Shown: positions 10,585 to 24,269, counted from the first letter of the stretch. The stretch is 64,000 bases of DNA from Glaucostegus cemiculus (GCA_976551045.1 CDPCPM010000005.1:7564001-7628000); one strand, 5' to 3'. The notes: generated from the sequence alone by a model not told the origin. Numbers and translations: made by a program.

Positions 10585-13318
10585 TATCCTGACAGCAGTC
10601 CACATCCCACCCCAGACGGACATGAAGCCTGCACTCAAGGAACTATACTCTGTGGTCAACAGCCTTGAAACAGAATACCCTGAGGCCGTCTTCATCCTTG
10701 CTGTTGACTTCAACTAGGCTAACTTCAAGGGTGTGCTACGAAAATACTGCCAAAATGCTACCAAAACATGTTACCAGCACATCTCCTGTCCCTCCAGGGG
10801 CCCAAACACACATGACCATTGATGTACAACCATAAAGATGCTTTCTGAGCTGCTCCCCTCCCTCACTTTGGTAAATCAGACCACCAGACTGTGCTCCTTC
10901 TCTCTGCGTGTAAACAGAAGCTGAAATGGGAGGATCCAGTACAGAAAGTTGGACAGTGCTGGTATGAGGAAATAGATGAGCTTCTAAGTGACTGCTTTGA
11001 GTTAGTGGACTAGTCCATGTTCAAAGACTCAGTTGCCTAAATGAGTATGTTGCCAATGTTATGGACTTTATCAACAAGTGTGTTGACGGCTGTGTACCAA
11101 AGAGGACAATCTGGGTGTTCTCAAACCGGAAACCATGGATGAACTGGCAGATCCATTCCCTGAAAGTCTAGGACTGCAGCATTCAAATCATATGACCCTG
11201 ACCCTTACAAGAAATCAAGATACAACCTCCATAAAGCTATCAGAGATACCAAGAGACAACACTGGTTCAAGAGTCCCAGATCAGCCATCAGTTGTGGCAG
11301 GGCTGACGTGCTATAATGGGCTACAAAATGAAGTCAGGCAGCATCGCCAACAACAGCGCATCCCTTGCTGATGAGCTTAAGGCATTCTATGCATGTTTTA
11401 AATAAATAATAAATTCAATAGATTTTATTTACAGCATGGTAACAGGCCCTTTCAGCCCAACAAGTCCGCGCCGCCCATTCTAAACCCCCAAATTAACCTA
11501 CCCGTATGCCTTTTAGAAAGAGGGAGGAAACCGGAGCACCCGAAGGAAACCCACGCAGACACCAGAGAACGTACAAACTCCTTACAGTCAGCAACGGGAA
11601 TCGAACCCCTATCGCTGGCGCTGTAACAGCGTTGCACTAACCGCTACGCTATCGTGCCGCCCCTTTGTGAATATAAGGGGATTGGAATGTCACCCCCACC
11701 CTGACAGCCGCCAATGAACCTGAAACCATATACACCGCTGCAGACCTTAGATCATTTTTCCAGAGAGTGAATCCATGGAAAGCATCTGGCCCAGATGGTG
11801 ACCCCAGCCATTTCCTCAGATCCTGTGCAGATCAGCTGGTGGGGGTACTTGCAGACATTTTTAACCTCTCCCTACTTCAATCTGTGGTTCCACCTGCTTT
11901 AAGTAGACCACTATCATCCCGGTACCTAAGAAAAACAAGCTAACATTCCTTAATGACTACTTCCTAGCGGCTCTGACATCCACCATCATAAAGTGCTTAG
12001 AGAGGCTGGTCATGGCACTCATTAACTCCAGCCTCCCAGACGACCTCAACCCACTACCACCGTAACAGGTCTACAGCAGATGCCATCTCTCGGGCCCTAC
12101 CCTCATCTCTGGAGCATCTCGACAGTAAAGACACCCATGTTAGACTACTGTTTATTGACTACAGCTCTGTCTCCAATACTATAATTCCAAGCAAACTGAT
12201 CACCAAACCCCGAAACCTAGGACTCAATATCTCCCTCTGTAACTGGATCCTTGACTTCCTGACCAACAGACCTCAATCAGTGAGGATAGGCAGCAACACC
12301 TCTGGCATGATTATTTTCAACACTGGTGCCCCACAAGGCTGTGTCCTCAGCCCTCTACTCTACTCCCTATACACTCTTGACTGTGTGGCCAGATTCTGCT
12401 TTAACTCCATCTACAAGTTTGCAGATGATACCAGTGTTGTAGGCCATATCTCAAATAATGATGAGTCAGAGTACAGGAAGGAGATAGAGAGCTTAGTGAC
12501 ATGGTGTCATGACAACAGCCTTTCCCTCAGTGTCAGCAAAACAAATGAGCTGGTCATCGACTTCAGGAAAGGGGTGGTGCACATACTGCTGTCAACATCA
12601 ACAGTGCTGAGGTCAAGAGGTATTGAAAACTTCAAGCTCCTTGGAGTGAACACCACCAATAGCCTGTGCTGCGCCAACCACACAGATGCCGTGGACAAGA
12701 AAGCTCACCAGCGCCACTACTTCCTCAAGAAGCTAGAAGTTTGACATGGCCCCCTTGACACTCATCAACTTTTATCGATGGACCGTAGAGAGCATCCTAT
12801 CTAGATGCATCACAGCTTGGTATGGCAACTGGTCTGCCCAGGACCACAAGAAACTGCAGAGTTGTAGACACAGCTCAGCACATCATGGAAACCATCCTCC
12901 CCTCCATGGACTCTGTCTATATTTCTCGCTGCCTCTTTAAGCAGCCAGCATAGTCAAACACCATACCCACCCCGAACATTCTCCCTTCTCCCCTCTCCCA
13001 TCAGGCAGAAGATACAAAAACCTGAAAGCACGTACAACCAGGCTCAAGGACAGCTTCTGTCCCGCTGTTATAAGACTATTTAATGGTTCCCTAGTATAAG
13101 ATGGACTCTTGACCTCACAATCTATCTCGTTATGACCTTGCACCTTATTGTCTACCTGCACTGCACTTTTCTCTGTAGCTGTGACTCTTTTACTCTGCAT
13201 TCTGCATTGTTTTACCTTGTACTACCTCTATGCACTGTGTAATCAATGATCTGTACCAATGGTATGCAAGACAAGTTTTTCACTATACCTCAGTGCAAGT
13301 GACAATAATAAACCAATT
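10585..13318 (+). mobile_element. Rex1/Babar-clade LINE (APE endonuclease + RT), about 2.7 kb including a nested SINE, multiple stops/frameshifts
   Basis: AVHIPP...FILAVDFN endonuclease motif at about 10595-10715; ORF 12280-12744 has [20 protein letters not shown] and YKFADD RT motifs typical of Rex1/Babar; 3' end ...gtgacaataataaaccaattcc. Confidence 0.9.
11422..11662 (-). mobile_element. V-SINE family B (HE1-like, CR1-type tail), young, nested antisense in the Rex1/Babar LINE
   Basis: Reverse strand gggcggcacgatagcgtagcggttag head, V core, tail gggctgaaagggcctgttaccatgctgtaaataaaat; CpG-rich; close match to 36911-37153. Confidence 0.9.
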
Positions 13319-13693
13319 CCACTTGGCCCCTCCAACATTCAGCAAGGTCATAACTTATCTTTTACCTCAAACCTGCTCTCTTGTACTAACCACATATTGT
13401 TTCAGTGAGTGATGTCATGCAAGAACAAAATAATGTTAAAAATTGGTAAAACATTGCTTAAGTCCTGGAATTTATATAACTTTGGAATGATAGGGTCTGG
13501 TGGCAATTCGTTGGCAGAGCTTATTCAAAAGATTACTTTCAAACTAAAATCCAAAAATTAATTTATACTATATATGAAGACTGTCTTAGTTCTACATACA
13601 AATGATACCAAAAAAGTACTAGACATGGCAGTGCAGGTTGTGATAATAACATGATTGACACAGATCTCACACAGCACAATAAATGTCACTGCA

Positions 13694-13830
13694 GTTGACC
13701 CTCGTGTCACAGAGGGGTTCTGTTCCTAGAAAACTGTCCGTATCACTATTTTCCATAACCAAATCCCCTTTTCCCATTGAATCCCATGTTATAAGTGGAG
13801 ATGCGTTCCTACGGGATGTTTTCCACTCGC
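13694..13830 (+). mobile_element. Possible Tc1/mariner-Tigger-like DNA transposon end
   Basis: cagttgaccctcgtgtcacagaggggttctgttcctaga resembles Tigger-type termini (cagt..ccctcg...ggggttngttcc); the partner TIR was not found. Confidence 0.3.
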
Positions 13831-14822
13831 ATCCATCTATTTTACGGATGATGACAAAGTGACCCTCTGCCATTATTCAACAGCTGAGGCCAACATTAAA
13901 TTCTGGGGATGGACAAGTCTTGTGCAAAAGAAACACAAATTTTAACAATTTTTACTTTTAGTCACTCGATATCGTGGGGCAATAAGATGTGGATATGACA
14001 TGGAGGTGTGGATTGGGATGGCAGTCACAGCTGGGTGCCTCCTTTGCCTCAGCCTCTCCAGTCTGAGGAGATGTGAACAGAAGTCTCAGAGGGCAGCGCT
14101 GCCAAGCTCCCATCTGTGAGGCATTTTCTCTGATGTGCAAGGCTCATGGATTAGGAAAGGGTTTAGTCAGTAGGGTTAGTAAGGGATGTGTTTCAAGGAT
14201 TGGGGTTCATGGGAGAGAGGTGGTATATAAAGAGTTTGGGGGATAATGGGTTAAAGCACTATGACTCAGTGGAAGTGGACCAACAGCTGAAGGATTATTT
14301 TGAGGAGCTGGCCACGGTTACTGCAGCTCCCACATTGGTCGGCTGTGACTGCCAACCCGATTGACGCGGTGATGTCATATCCAAACATATCCCAATATTA
14401 TTTCTCCACAGTATGGAATGACTTAAAAATTAACATTTGACAAAATTTGCTCCTTCTTTTGTATTTAATTTTCCCCCCACAAATTTTGTGAGAATGAATT
14501 TTATTCTGTATCTCAGATTTTCGTTCAATGATTTGTGAATTATGCAAGGGTGAATTTCCATTACCCAAACCACCGTAATGCAGGGATCGCTTATATTTTG
14601 AGTCGCTCTTTGTTTCAGTCTTTAGGCTGAAATGCGAGCTTGAGCCAACAGAACAGAAAAAGGAGGGGAAGAAGTTTTTACGTGGCGCTCCCTGGCACAT
14701 AGTCACATCTCAGAGAAAAGCACCTGCTAAGGAAGGGGAAGGTAGGAGTGTTAGTCAGCAGGGTACAGGAAACAAGAGGGGAGACGGAGGAGGTCCTTCA
14801 GGCACTCACCTACTCTTACAAT

Positions 14823-15357
14823 AATCACGGCTTGGTACGGCAACTGCTTTGCTCAGGACCGCAAGAAGCTCCAGAGAGTTGTGGACACAGTCCAGCGCAT
14901 CACGGACACCAACCTCTCCTCCTTGGACTCTGTCTTTACCTCTCGTTGTCTCGGTGAAGCAGCCAGCATAATCAAAGACCCCACTCACCCCGGACATTCT
15001 CTCTTCTCTCCTCTTCCATTGGGTAGAAGATACAGGAGCCCAAGGGCACGTACCACCAGACTTAAGGGCAGCTTCTACCCCACTGTGATAAGACTATTGA
15101 ACAATTCCCTTATACAATGAGGTGGTCTGTGACCTCATGATCTATCTTGTTGTGACTTTGCACCTCATTGCACTGCACTTTCTCTGTAGCTGTGACACTT
15201 TGTACTGTTATTGTTTTTATCTGTACTACTTCAATGCACTCTGTACTAAGTCAATGTAACTGCACTGTGTAATGAATTGACCGGTGCGATTGGTTTGTAA
15301 GGCAAGCTTTTCACTGTACCTCGGTACAAGTGACAATAATAAACCAATACCAATAAA
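14823..15357 (+). mobile_element. Rex1/Babar LINE 3' fragment inserted in a decayed CR1
   Basis: Collinear with about 12808-13318; ends tcactgtacctcggtacaagtgacaataataaaccaataccaat. Confidence 0.85.
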
Positions 15358-15359
15358 CC

Positions 15360-16680
15360 TACTTCCTGTAACAGTAAGAGTGCAGGTTGTGAGGAGAATG
15401 GTCAGACTCCCAATAAAGCAGAAGTAGTCCGCTGGGGGTGGGACAATGGGTAAAGGAGAACAAGCAGAATATAAGTGTAAAAGTAAAAATAGAAATCTGT
15501 TGCTTGCAAGACATACAGTGTTCAGTTCCACTGCATGTGCAGAGTATGCACAACCAGATGGAACAAAGGCAAAAGAGATCTCAGAGCGACTGGGGAGGAT
15601 CTTGGAAAGAGACGATGAACATCTAGTTTCTGTGGCATAGGGAACCAAAGCTTCTTTGAAGGGAGCATCAGAAGTTAGGAACCAAATTGTAAAAAAAATA
15701 CAGTGCCTCACAGGTGGCAACTTGGGACTTCAACCCAAGCCACATGATAATTAGCTTGCAAATGAAGAAGATACATGCAAAAAATTTGCGTGGGAAGAAG
15801 AGGATCTATTTTACAGAACACCGGCAGCTATAATGGGACAAGAGGGAACTGTGCCATTGGCACAGCTAAACTGCCGTGGGTCCAGTACTATAGTAGGAAG
15901 ATCTGTTTATAGGTCTTCAAGGGACTAAAACAGTGGGAACATCAAAAAATAGATGACCAAAGGTAAATCAAGGTAAGAAACACGTACAACACAAGCTGTA
16001 AAATAATGATAAAATACAAATATGAAAGGCAGAGAGGGATGATTAATCAATAATGATGACAATGCTATAAAGCTGAAGGAAAAGATTGAAAAGGACACAA
16101 GATAAAGATCAAGATTATAAATTGGAAAAAGATGACATTAAATGTTTCAATTGAAATGGAATTATGGAAATCATAGTTATCAAAGAGTGATGAGACACAT
16201 TGAAAAAGTAGACCAATAAAGTCCAGAAAAAAGAGCAAGAAATGGCCAATAAAGAAAAAATAAGGTCAATGATGTACACCAAATATACGGAGAGCAAAGA
16301 GCAGGAAGACAGAAAGATCCACAGAAAGGTCAGAAATAGTAAGGAGGAGAGAAAATGGAAAATTAAGAAACAATTGAAGATAAACAGTAAGGTATTATAC
16401 AGATTCATAAGCAGAAATCATTACAAGGATAGAGCCATAAAGGATTCATGCAATTAAACCACAGAATAGCAGAAGTATTAAAATGTATATTTATTTGATT
16501 TTTATCAATAAGATGGGATGAAGTGGTTGATAGTAGAAGAGCAAAAATGGTATAAACATTAAGGATAGAAAAGGAAGGAGGATGTGGCAAACTTTCCTGT
16601 TTCAGAGAGAGTAAGACTCTTGGATTGAATCCACATACATGAGAGGAAGTTGGGAAAGAGACAGCTGAAACACTATTCAG
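15360..16680 (+). mobile_element. Highly decayed CR1 LINE (ORF1 esterase remnant plus ORF2 pieces)
   Basis: PDGTKAKEISERLGRILERDDEHLVSVA*GT resembles the CR1 ORF1 SGNH-esterase PGARV.DVSERL..IL....VVVHIGTND; the K/E-rich frame at 16242-16457 resembles the CR1 ORF2 linker. Confidence 0.55.
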
Positions 16681-16689
16681 CTGAGGCAT

Positions 16690-16795
16690 CATTCTGACAA
16701 AGGCTGTTGGATCCAAAACATTAATTGATTCTCTTTCCACAGATGCTGCCTGATTTGCTGAATGTTTCCAGCAGTCTTCTGTTTTTGTACCAGAA
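16690..16795 (+). mobile_element. Penelope-like terminal fragment
   Basis: ttctgacaaaggctgttggatccaaaacattaa...tttccacagatgctgcctgatttgctgaatgtttccagc. Confidence 0.5.
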
Positions 16796-18220
16796 ATATA
16801 ACTATTAAATTTAAGCTGAACTGAAAATGCAGTCTTATCTAATGTGGCATTGAGAACATTCCTAAATGTGGTCACTCTGAACAATTCCGGATTTCAAATG
16901 CTGATACTCTCTCCTCTGAGCCAAGAACCTTGGTAAAATTGTCGCCTCTAAAATGGCAATGTTATTTGGCGTTTGTAGTGTGTTTTACCTGCAGTGCAGG
17001 TTTGCTTATTACTACCATGCAAAAGTGTTTGTAAAAACACTTGCATTGCCCTGTTATCAATGGGCAAATTGAAATAGATTTCAACTCCAAATGAACTATA
17101 TTATTAATCAGAACTTTGTCTTAAAATTTGGACTTTGTCTTCAGAGTGCATCAGGAGTTCTGGACTTTCAAGGTAGAATGGAAAAGTTGTTGGAATGTAC
17201 AGCAAGTCTATCAGCAGACACGAAGAAGTAAAACAGCATAATATTCTGGGTAGACAGCTTTGGCAGAATGGACCTGGAAGGTAAATTAGTCATCTTATCT
17301 ATGAGTGCAACAGTATGCAAACAAGAAATTAGATTAGATTCTCTGAAATAGAGCCATAGAGCACAGTGGCAGGCCCTTCAACACTTAATGCCGACCATCA
17401 AGTCATATGTAAACGAGTGCCATCTCTCAGCTCTTACTGGTATCTACCAGATCCACAACCTGAGCACCAGGAAAAAGCACAACTCAGAACAACTTAACAA
17501 CCTGGCAATGGATATTTTAAGAATTGGAAATAAGAGAGAATTTCTAGATGCTGTACCACAATCCGCTGAAAAAGCATGAGGGAAGAGAACATTAAATTAA
17601 ACCTGACCCAAAATGAAAAGAGAAATTAACTACGTATGGGAGCATGTGATAAATGGAGGAAATGGATCGCTGAGTCACTCCCTGTTTCTGAGGTCACTGC
17701 TCAGACAAGGGCCTGATAGGGCATCAAGAAGATGCCAAAATATTGCTACTGATGTTTCCACTGAATTTGATTCAAACAATGTAGGAGAAGGAAGGTCAGA
17801 AAGAGAGAAGATATATCATGCTGAAAATGACAAGTTTAATGTCATGCTTGTAGACAGGACTGGCTGCTCTTCAAAGCTTTCTCCCAATCTACATTTGTTG
17901 TCTCCAGTATTCAGATATAGATCTTTTCCCCCCCAAAACAATAGTTGGCTGAAGAAAAGGCACAATAAAGAAATCCAGAAATAAGACCATGAAAACATTT
18001 GAAATACTATTATACTTCACAGAACAAATCATCATGTCAGAAAACGATGGCAGAAAATTACATTCTTCAAAAACATACTCTTTTTACTCTCATACCTTAT
18101 CACTGGTCCTGTGATAAAAAGAGAGAAAAGAATGGATGGCGTCCCTTTTTGTTCACACAAATATTTAAAATGAAAATAATTACAATTTCTAGAAGTAGAT
18201 TTTGCTGTATTTTGAGTAGT

Positions 18221-19169
18221 GCCACATAAACCCTCTCAACAATGGAGTAAACAGCATTATTTTATAAAGTATTATATTTCGATAAAGAAGTTACCTCTAT
18301 TTCCATTGCTTGGGATGCCATCTGACATTGGTTCAGAGCAAGTCTGGGTAGACACATCAACAAATCACCACGCACTTTACAGTCGAAACTCAAATATTCA
18401 AAGCTTACTAATTATTGAAGATTACTAAATAGTGAGAGTAGCAACTATGTACTGTTACCTTCAATGGTGTTGTTAATCTAAGGTCTCCTCCTGGTGGTCA
18501 AAATACTTATTGCTTATTAATCTCGACATCTGTCTTGACATAGTTATATTTGACAATATGAAATATTGGACTGTATGTGGCACTGACATAATCAATTTTT
18601 TCTATTAAATTTAGTCATGGCTTGTTATTGCTGATGCATAAAAGGTCATATTGTCATCAGTAATTAGCAAATCCCCAGTCAATTGTCATTCATTGCACCT
18701 TGCATTTATACTCCGCTTCTTGTTGGTGCTATTCCAAAACAAAATGTTGCATCAAACACTTTCATCAGCAATAGAAATACTAAAGACCTTAAGATGGCTA
18801 CTAATTGTCTATATATTTAGTCCTGTAAGGATTTTGCTGCAAAGGACTTGCTCAAACAAAATCATTTTCCAAAGTTACTTTATTCTATGGTGACATTGAA
18901 AATAACTGATCATACATTTAAAAAAATCACCCCTTCATCTTAATTCAATTACGTTAATGTAAGTTTAGAACAATATTTAGGGAATTAGAGGTGGGCAATA
19001 AACGCTGGTGTAAAGTGTGTGGTGATTTATTGATGCGGCTACGCAGGCTTGCTCCGAACCAACGTCAGATGGCATCCCGAGCACTCGAAATAGAGGTAAC
19101 TTCTTTATCAAAAGATGATACTTTGTAAAATAATACTGTTTACTCCTTTGTTGAGAGGGTTTATGTAGC
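18221..19169. repeat. Inverted duplication: 18221-18381 versus 19009-19169 (161-bp arms, ungapped, about 89% identical)
   Basis: Manual alignment of arm 1 to the reverse complement of arm 2: about 18 substitutions, no indels. Confidence 0.95.
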
Positions 19170-20499
19170 GATGCCCAGATCCCAAACAACGATTACAAAA
19201 TCTCAGCGTGATGATGAAGTACCACTGTAAACTTCCCTCCATCCTGGAAAACAACTGCTCACCTCGACTGTCAGCTTTCCATCCCAAGGCCAGTTTTCTC
19301 CTTCACAACATCCACAACCCATTGACCCTAATGAGTGGCTGAGAAAAGGGCCAGAGGTGCAGTCAGGAACTAAAGCCAGAGCATAGCTAGGATCAGGAGT
19401 TGGGGGAGTGGTGCGTGGGGTGGTCAGAGCATTGCCAGAAACAAATAGGGTGTGGGAAGAGGTAGGTAGGGTGTGTGCGTGTGTGTTGCACACATGTGGG
19501 TGGCACAATCTTCCTTTTTTTAAGAAATGAGTTTCAATTACATTCGTCACTCTGCAAGATTACATCATTAAGGAGCAGTGAGCAGTGTTAATTTAGTTGT
19601 TAATGTGGCTGTCACTGCCCAAAGCCAATTTCATATTTGCACATGCACTCTCTCTTTAGCGGGTTTTGATTAGCTAATGTATTATGCGATAATTTATTAA
19701 AAGTTCACAACAATATGTTTAACCACCACTTCTGTCCTTCTTAGTGTGCTCAGCCAGGAGATGCAGATCATTCTTGGAAACAGAATAGGAGTTGGAAATC
19801 ATTAACTGTGGTGAAGGAGAATGAAATTACTATTCTGTGTCATGATGCATCCCTTCTCATTTCTCTTGGCCAATGAGGCCAAGTGATGCCTAATACATCT
19901 AACAAGATTTATTTTGTTAATCAGAGGTATTTAAGGCAGAGCACACTTCTAGCATAAAACATTTCAGAGGGTGAACTGTGATAAGAGGATCCCAGGAGAA
20001 CAGAGTAACATTGTTTGATCTGAGCAAAGGAAAGCAGTGTTGATACTGTTGAAGGAGCTGTGTTGAGTCGATTTGCACCAGAAATTGCAGCTCAGGTCTT
20101 TTATTAAAAAAGCCAAACAGACATTTTAATATGACACCACTGGAGAATTTCTGAAGCTATAATTTGACATATGCACCGCAGAGGAAAATGTTGATGACTA
20201 TACCGTCAGTCAAAAAGGTCAATTTTCAGCCCTGCCTAAATCAGCACTGCTGAGTCATTTAGTGTGCAGTCTGGCAAATATGAGAATTCAGCAAGGACTG
20301 TTTGATACATTGGACTTCGCATTCGAGAGAGCTTGTAAAACAGATGCCAGTGTGCAGGTTGCCCTTAAAAACATGAGCAGTTTTGCTCCGGTCACAGTTC
20401 TATAGTACAAGGAGGGAACAAGTGCACAGGAATGGTTATGATAGCATGGCTTCTACAGGTGGATTCAGTGCAAAAGTTGTTGGTCATGTGCATGCTAAA

Positions 20500-20695
20500 G
20501 GCAGAAGGACTTGGTGCCTGGTGCTCCAGTTTCCTCCCACATCTCAAAGGTGTGTGAGTTGGTAGGGTTAATTGGGTGCTGTAAATTGCCCCTGGTGGAA
20601 TTGAGGAGAATGTAGGGAAAATTAGTGGGGAATAGGATGACTTTGATTTGGTATGCACTTGATGGGCTGAATAGCCTCCTTCTATGTCATAAGGA
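20500..20695 (+). mobile_element. Old V-SINE fragment
   Basis: ggtgctccagtttcctcccacatctcaaag core followed by the CR1-type tail gatgggctgaatagcctcc. Confidence 0.65.
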
Positions 20696-22909
20696 AATAT
20701 GGAGAGGACTTCATTGCAATGTGGAGGTGTTCAATCACTTTGAAGATTCAGTGAAGAATGTCACATTAAGAATAGACATAGGAATGCCAGCCTAATGCAA
20801 AACAGTCACAGCAGGGTTGAAAGCTTTGGAGGTGGTCCAGAAAGGGACAGTCCAAGAGATGACTTTATGATTTCAAAAAGAACAGTTGGAAAGAGGAAAT
20901 ATCCGGCATCTCTGGGAGTTGAGAGTGGGAGTCACAATGCAGGATGAAGAGAAAGCAAAAACACAAAGATGGAGAGCCTTCAGAAGCAACCAAAATAGAA
21001 GTTGTTGTGAATGAGTTCACAGTTCCAGGAATTAGTAAATATGAAGGATAATTTTAACTACTAAAGTAGTTGTTAAGAGTTATCAGCCCCGTACTAGGTA
21101 TTATGTGAGTAGTTGGTGTTTAGAGCATGTAAAACAATGTCGAAGCAGCAATAGCTGAACAGGGTGTGTGACCAGATGGATATGAGTCCTCTCTGGAGAA
21201 ATGATCCACTGGAATTAATTGTGCCTGGAGTGGATAATTCAGAAATATTATTATGTTCATTGTCCTGAAGGGTTTTGAGAAAATGAAAATTTATGAGAAT
21301 TTATAACAATGGACATAAATATTTTTCTACAAGTCATTAATTGTACCATTTTATTTATGCAAATGATTTGGAAAGGTTTACTTCTATTTTAAATGGGGAA
21401 GTAGTGCAAATGTGTATTTAAGAATTGAATGAACGTGTGATATGACTTTTACTGCATTGTTGTACCAGAGCCTTGTGTTTGGTGAGGGTTTATTGCTTTC
21501 ACTATAGCATGCCTTGTCAATAGTTCTACCACTTGTTTGCTTCAATAAACAGCAATACCAAAGAACTGAGATTCACTTGCAAACAGCAGGATGTCCATTT
21601 GGAGAAAAGGCTGTGGAAGAAGCAGTAACATATAAAGTTAAAGATTACTGTGGCTCTGGGGCTGAGCCACTAATCGCTTAAGAAAATGTCTATCTTTATC
21701 AAGTAATATGGAACTGAGCCAAAATAATGAAGCCTCTCTTTTGCGTGCACTGTCAGTTTGTTTGCTTGAGTGTTGACTAAAAGAGTGTGAAATGGCACAG
21801 AGATCTTCTTGGCCAGTGATCTTCTTGACATTAAGAGGGTGGGAACAGCACTGGATTCTGTTGCATGGTCAGTAGGAGAGAAAATGTTGAGATGCAAGTT
21901 ACACAAGGAAGTTTTACTTTCCCCCTGAAATAATTAGCAATCAAATCCATGAGAAACACCTTTAGTTTCAATAGTCGGTTGACAATTTAAGAGGATGACA
22001 ACCACACCTCATATGTTCCATGTTGAATAGAATACCAACAGATAAAATTAGTTATTTCAATGGAGTTACCAGGCTACTGCAGAATTGTACTTCACACACA
22101 AAAAATCCAATCGAAAATTGGAAAACAGAAAGGAAATTTGGTACTGTTAGAAACTATAAAAGGCAACTTTAATCTTGCTAAGATTTAAGTGATAAATTAG
22201 GATGGTTGTAAATCCCAGGAAGAGAAAAGAGAAGTATATCTTGCAATACAACAGGAAGTTTGAATAATGTTTGGTTTCATTGCCTCATGACGAGTGCACC
22301 TGCTACATCAGTTATGTCTCAATCAACCCATGTAGTGCTCAGCTCACTCCCTATGGCCTTGGATTGCTCCTGCTCTGGGACATGCTGGAATGCCATACTG
22401 GACATCTAGGTCAGCAAACACAAACATGACTGGTCAAAGGCCTAGTGCAAATTTGGACACAAATGTAAAATTTCAGAGGCTGAGGATATAGCAATGAAGA
22501 AACTGCTTACTTTAGGATGAAGAGAGAAAATGACTCATGCCTATACTTGTTGTCCAGACAGTTTTAATTAATACATCTGGTCAGTCAAATGAAGTGAACA
22601 ACTCTGTGTCAGAAATTGTTGGTTCAAGCCACTAGAAACAATGAACACTTAATGCAAATTGATGTTTCAGTGAAATATCTGAGTGCTGCAATGTTAAGGA
22701 TACCATACTTCATGAGACCCTTAATTCTGTCTTTCTTGGTGAATATATATAAATGTCCCATGACACAATTCAGAAAAGCAAGCATATCCTTGCCAATATC
22801 TATGCTAACAACATTAATGCAGTAGTTCAGGTTGTCCATAATATTCTTGTTTCTAAGACCTTGCTAAGCTCAATTTAATGTTGGATCTCCCCAATTTAAT
22901 TCTATTCAT

Positions 22910-24140
22910 TCAATGATGTGGCCATCACGGAAGTTGGCAAATATTGCCCATCCCTAGTGGGGACCGAGAAAGTAATGGTGGGTGGTCTTCTTAAACCACT
23001 GTACTTCTGGTGAATGTACTCTCATAGGACTACTTTCACCAAAAGTGGAGCTCCAGTGATTTGGAGGGAGACCCTGTGTATCCACTGCTCTTGTCCTTCT
23101 AGGCAAGGGAGGTGGCCAGGAGTTACTGCAATGCATTTTGTAAATGGTACACACCACAGCACGTCAGTGGTGGAGAGAGTGCACGTTTAGAGTTATGGAC
23201 TGGGTATAGCGGTTCATTGCAGTTAAATTACTAGACTAATAATCCAGGGCTCAAGGCCAGTATGGCAGCTGGAGAATTTAAATTCAGTTAATAACCTAGA
23301 ATTTGAAAAAGCAATTCATTAGTAATGATGGAATTACTGGATTGTTTTAAAATTCAGTCTTATTTTGGGAAGGAGATCTGCTACCTTACCTGTCCTGTTC
23401 ATGTGTCCCCAGACCCACAATATGGATGACTCTGAAATGGCCTAGCAAGACACTCAAGTACGTAGGTAGGCGGTTGAGTGAGTGTTTTGAGTGAGTGAGT
23501 GAGTGAGTGAGTGAGTGTTTTACTGTTTTACAGTCAGAAATGAAACCTGTCCTCTGAAAAGTGAGTAAACAAAAATAAATAATTGGGCTGCCTTGTCCTG
23601 GATGGCATCAAGTTTTTTGACAATGAGCTGGATTTGCTCATTGCAAGTATTCTATCTCACCCTTGACTTGAACCCCATAGATGGTGGAAAGTCTTTGGGA
23701 TGTTAGAAGGTAACAGGATACATGGGCTCTGACCTACTCCTGTAGCTAAGGTATTTAAGTGGATGGTCAGGGAAGTTATTATGCATAGTGGGACACAGTG
23801 GTAATAAAGGGATACGGGGGCTAGCAAGGTAAAAAAAATAATCAGCCATGTTCTTATAAAATGGTGCATCGGGCAAGAGGGTCTGAATAGCCTGTTCATG
23901 TTTTCACTTCCTAAGGCCTCATGTTCCTTTGAACATCAAGGAGAAATGGCCTGACAGTCTTGTTGGAGATGGTCATCCTCTGGCATCTGTCTGGCTCAAT
24001 CATTATTTGTCACCTATCAGCCCATGCCTGAATGTTAATCAGTTTTGCTGCATCCAAGCATACACTTCTCCATTCTCCTGTGTTGTAAGTGGAATTGAAC
24101 ATTGTTCAATCAACACTAAAGATCCCCACTTCTGACTTTC
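22910..24140 (-). mobile_element. Old CR1-group LINE 3' fragments with a nested SINE C (about 23215-23460, +)
   Basis: Similar to 27945-29080; starts with the tail tattgcccatccctag. Confidence 0.55.
23476..23517 (+). repeat. (GAGT)n microsatellite, interrupted
   Basis: gagtgagtgttttgagtgagtgagtgagtgagtgagtgagtg. Confidence 0.9.
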
Positions 24141-24269
24141 AATGATTACAATTGGAGAGTACTTGGTCGCAAAGTGCTTTGGGATGTTGAGGTCAGCAAA
24201 GGTGCTATGCAACTACAAGTCCTTCCTTTCCCATGGAACTTTGTTTCCAGACCCTAATTTATGCTGCAT

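Noticed and set aside
12280-12744. 154-aa RT ORF as a functional gene
   Set aside because: Fragment of a Rex1/Babar LINE with flanking stops, frameshifts and a nested SINE.
16115-16457. Hydrophobic and K-rich overlapping ORFs
   Set aside because: Compositional artefacts of an A-rich decayed CR1.
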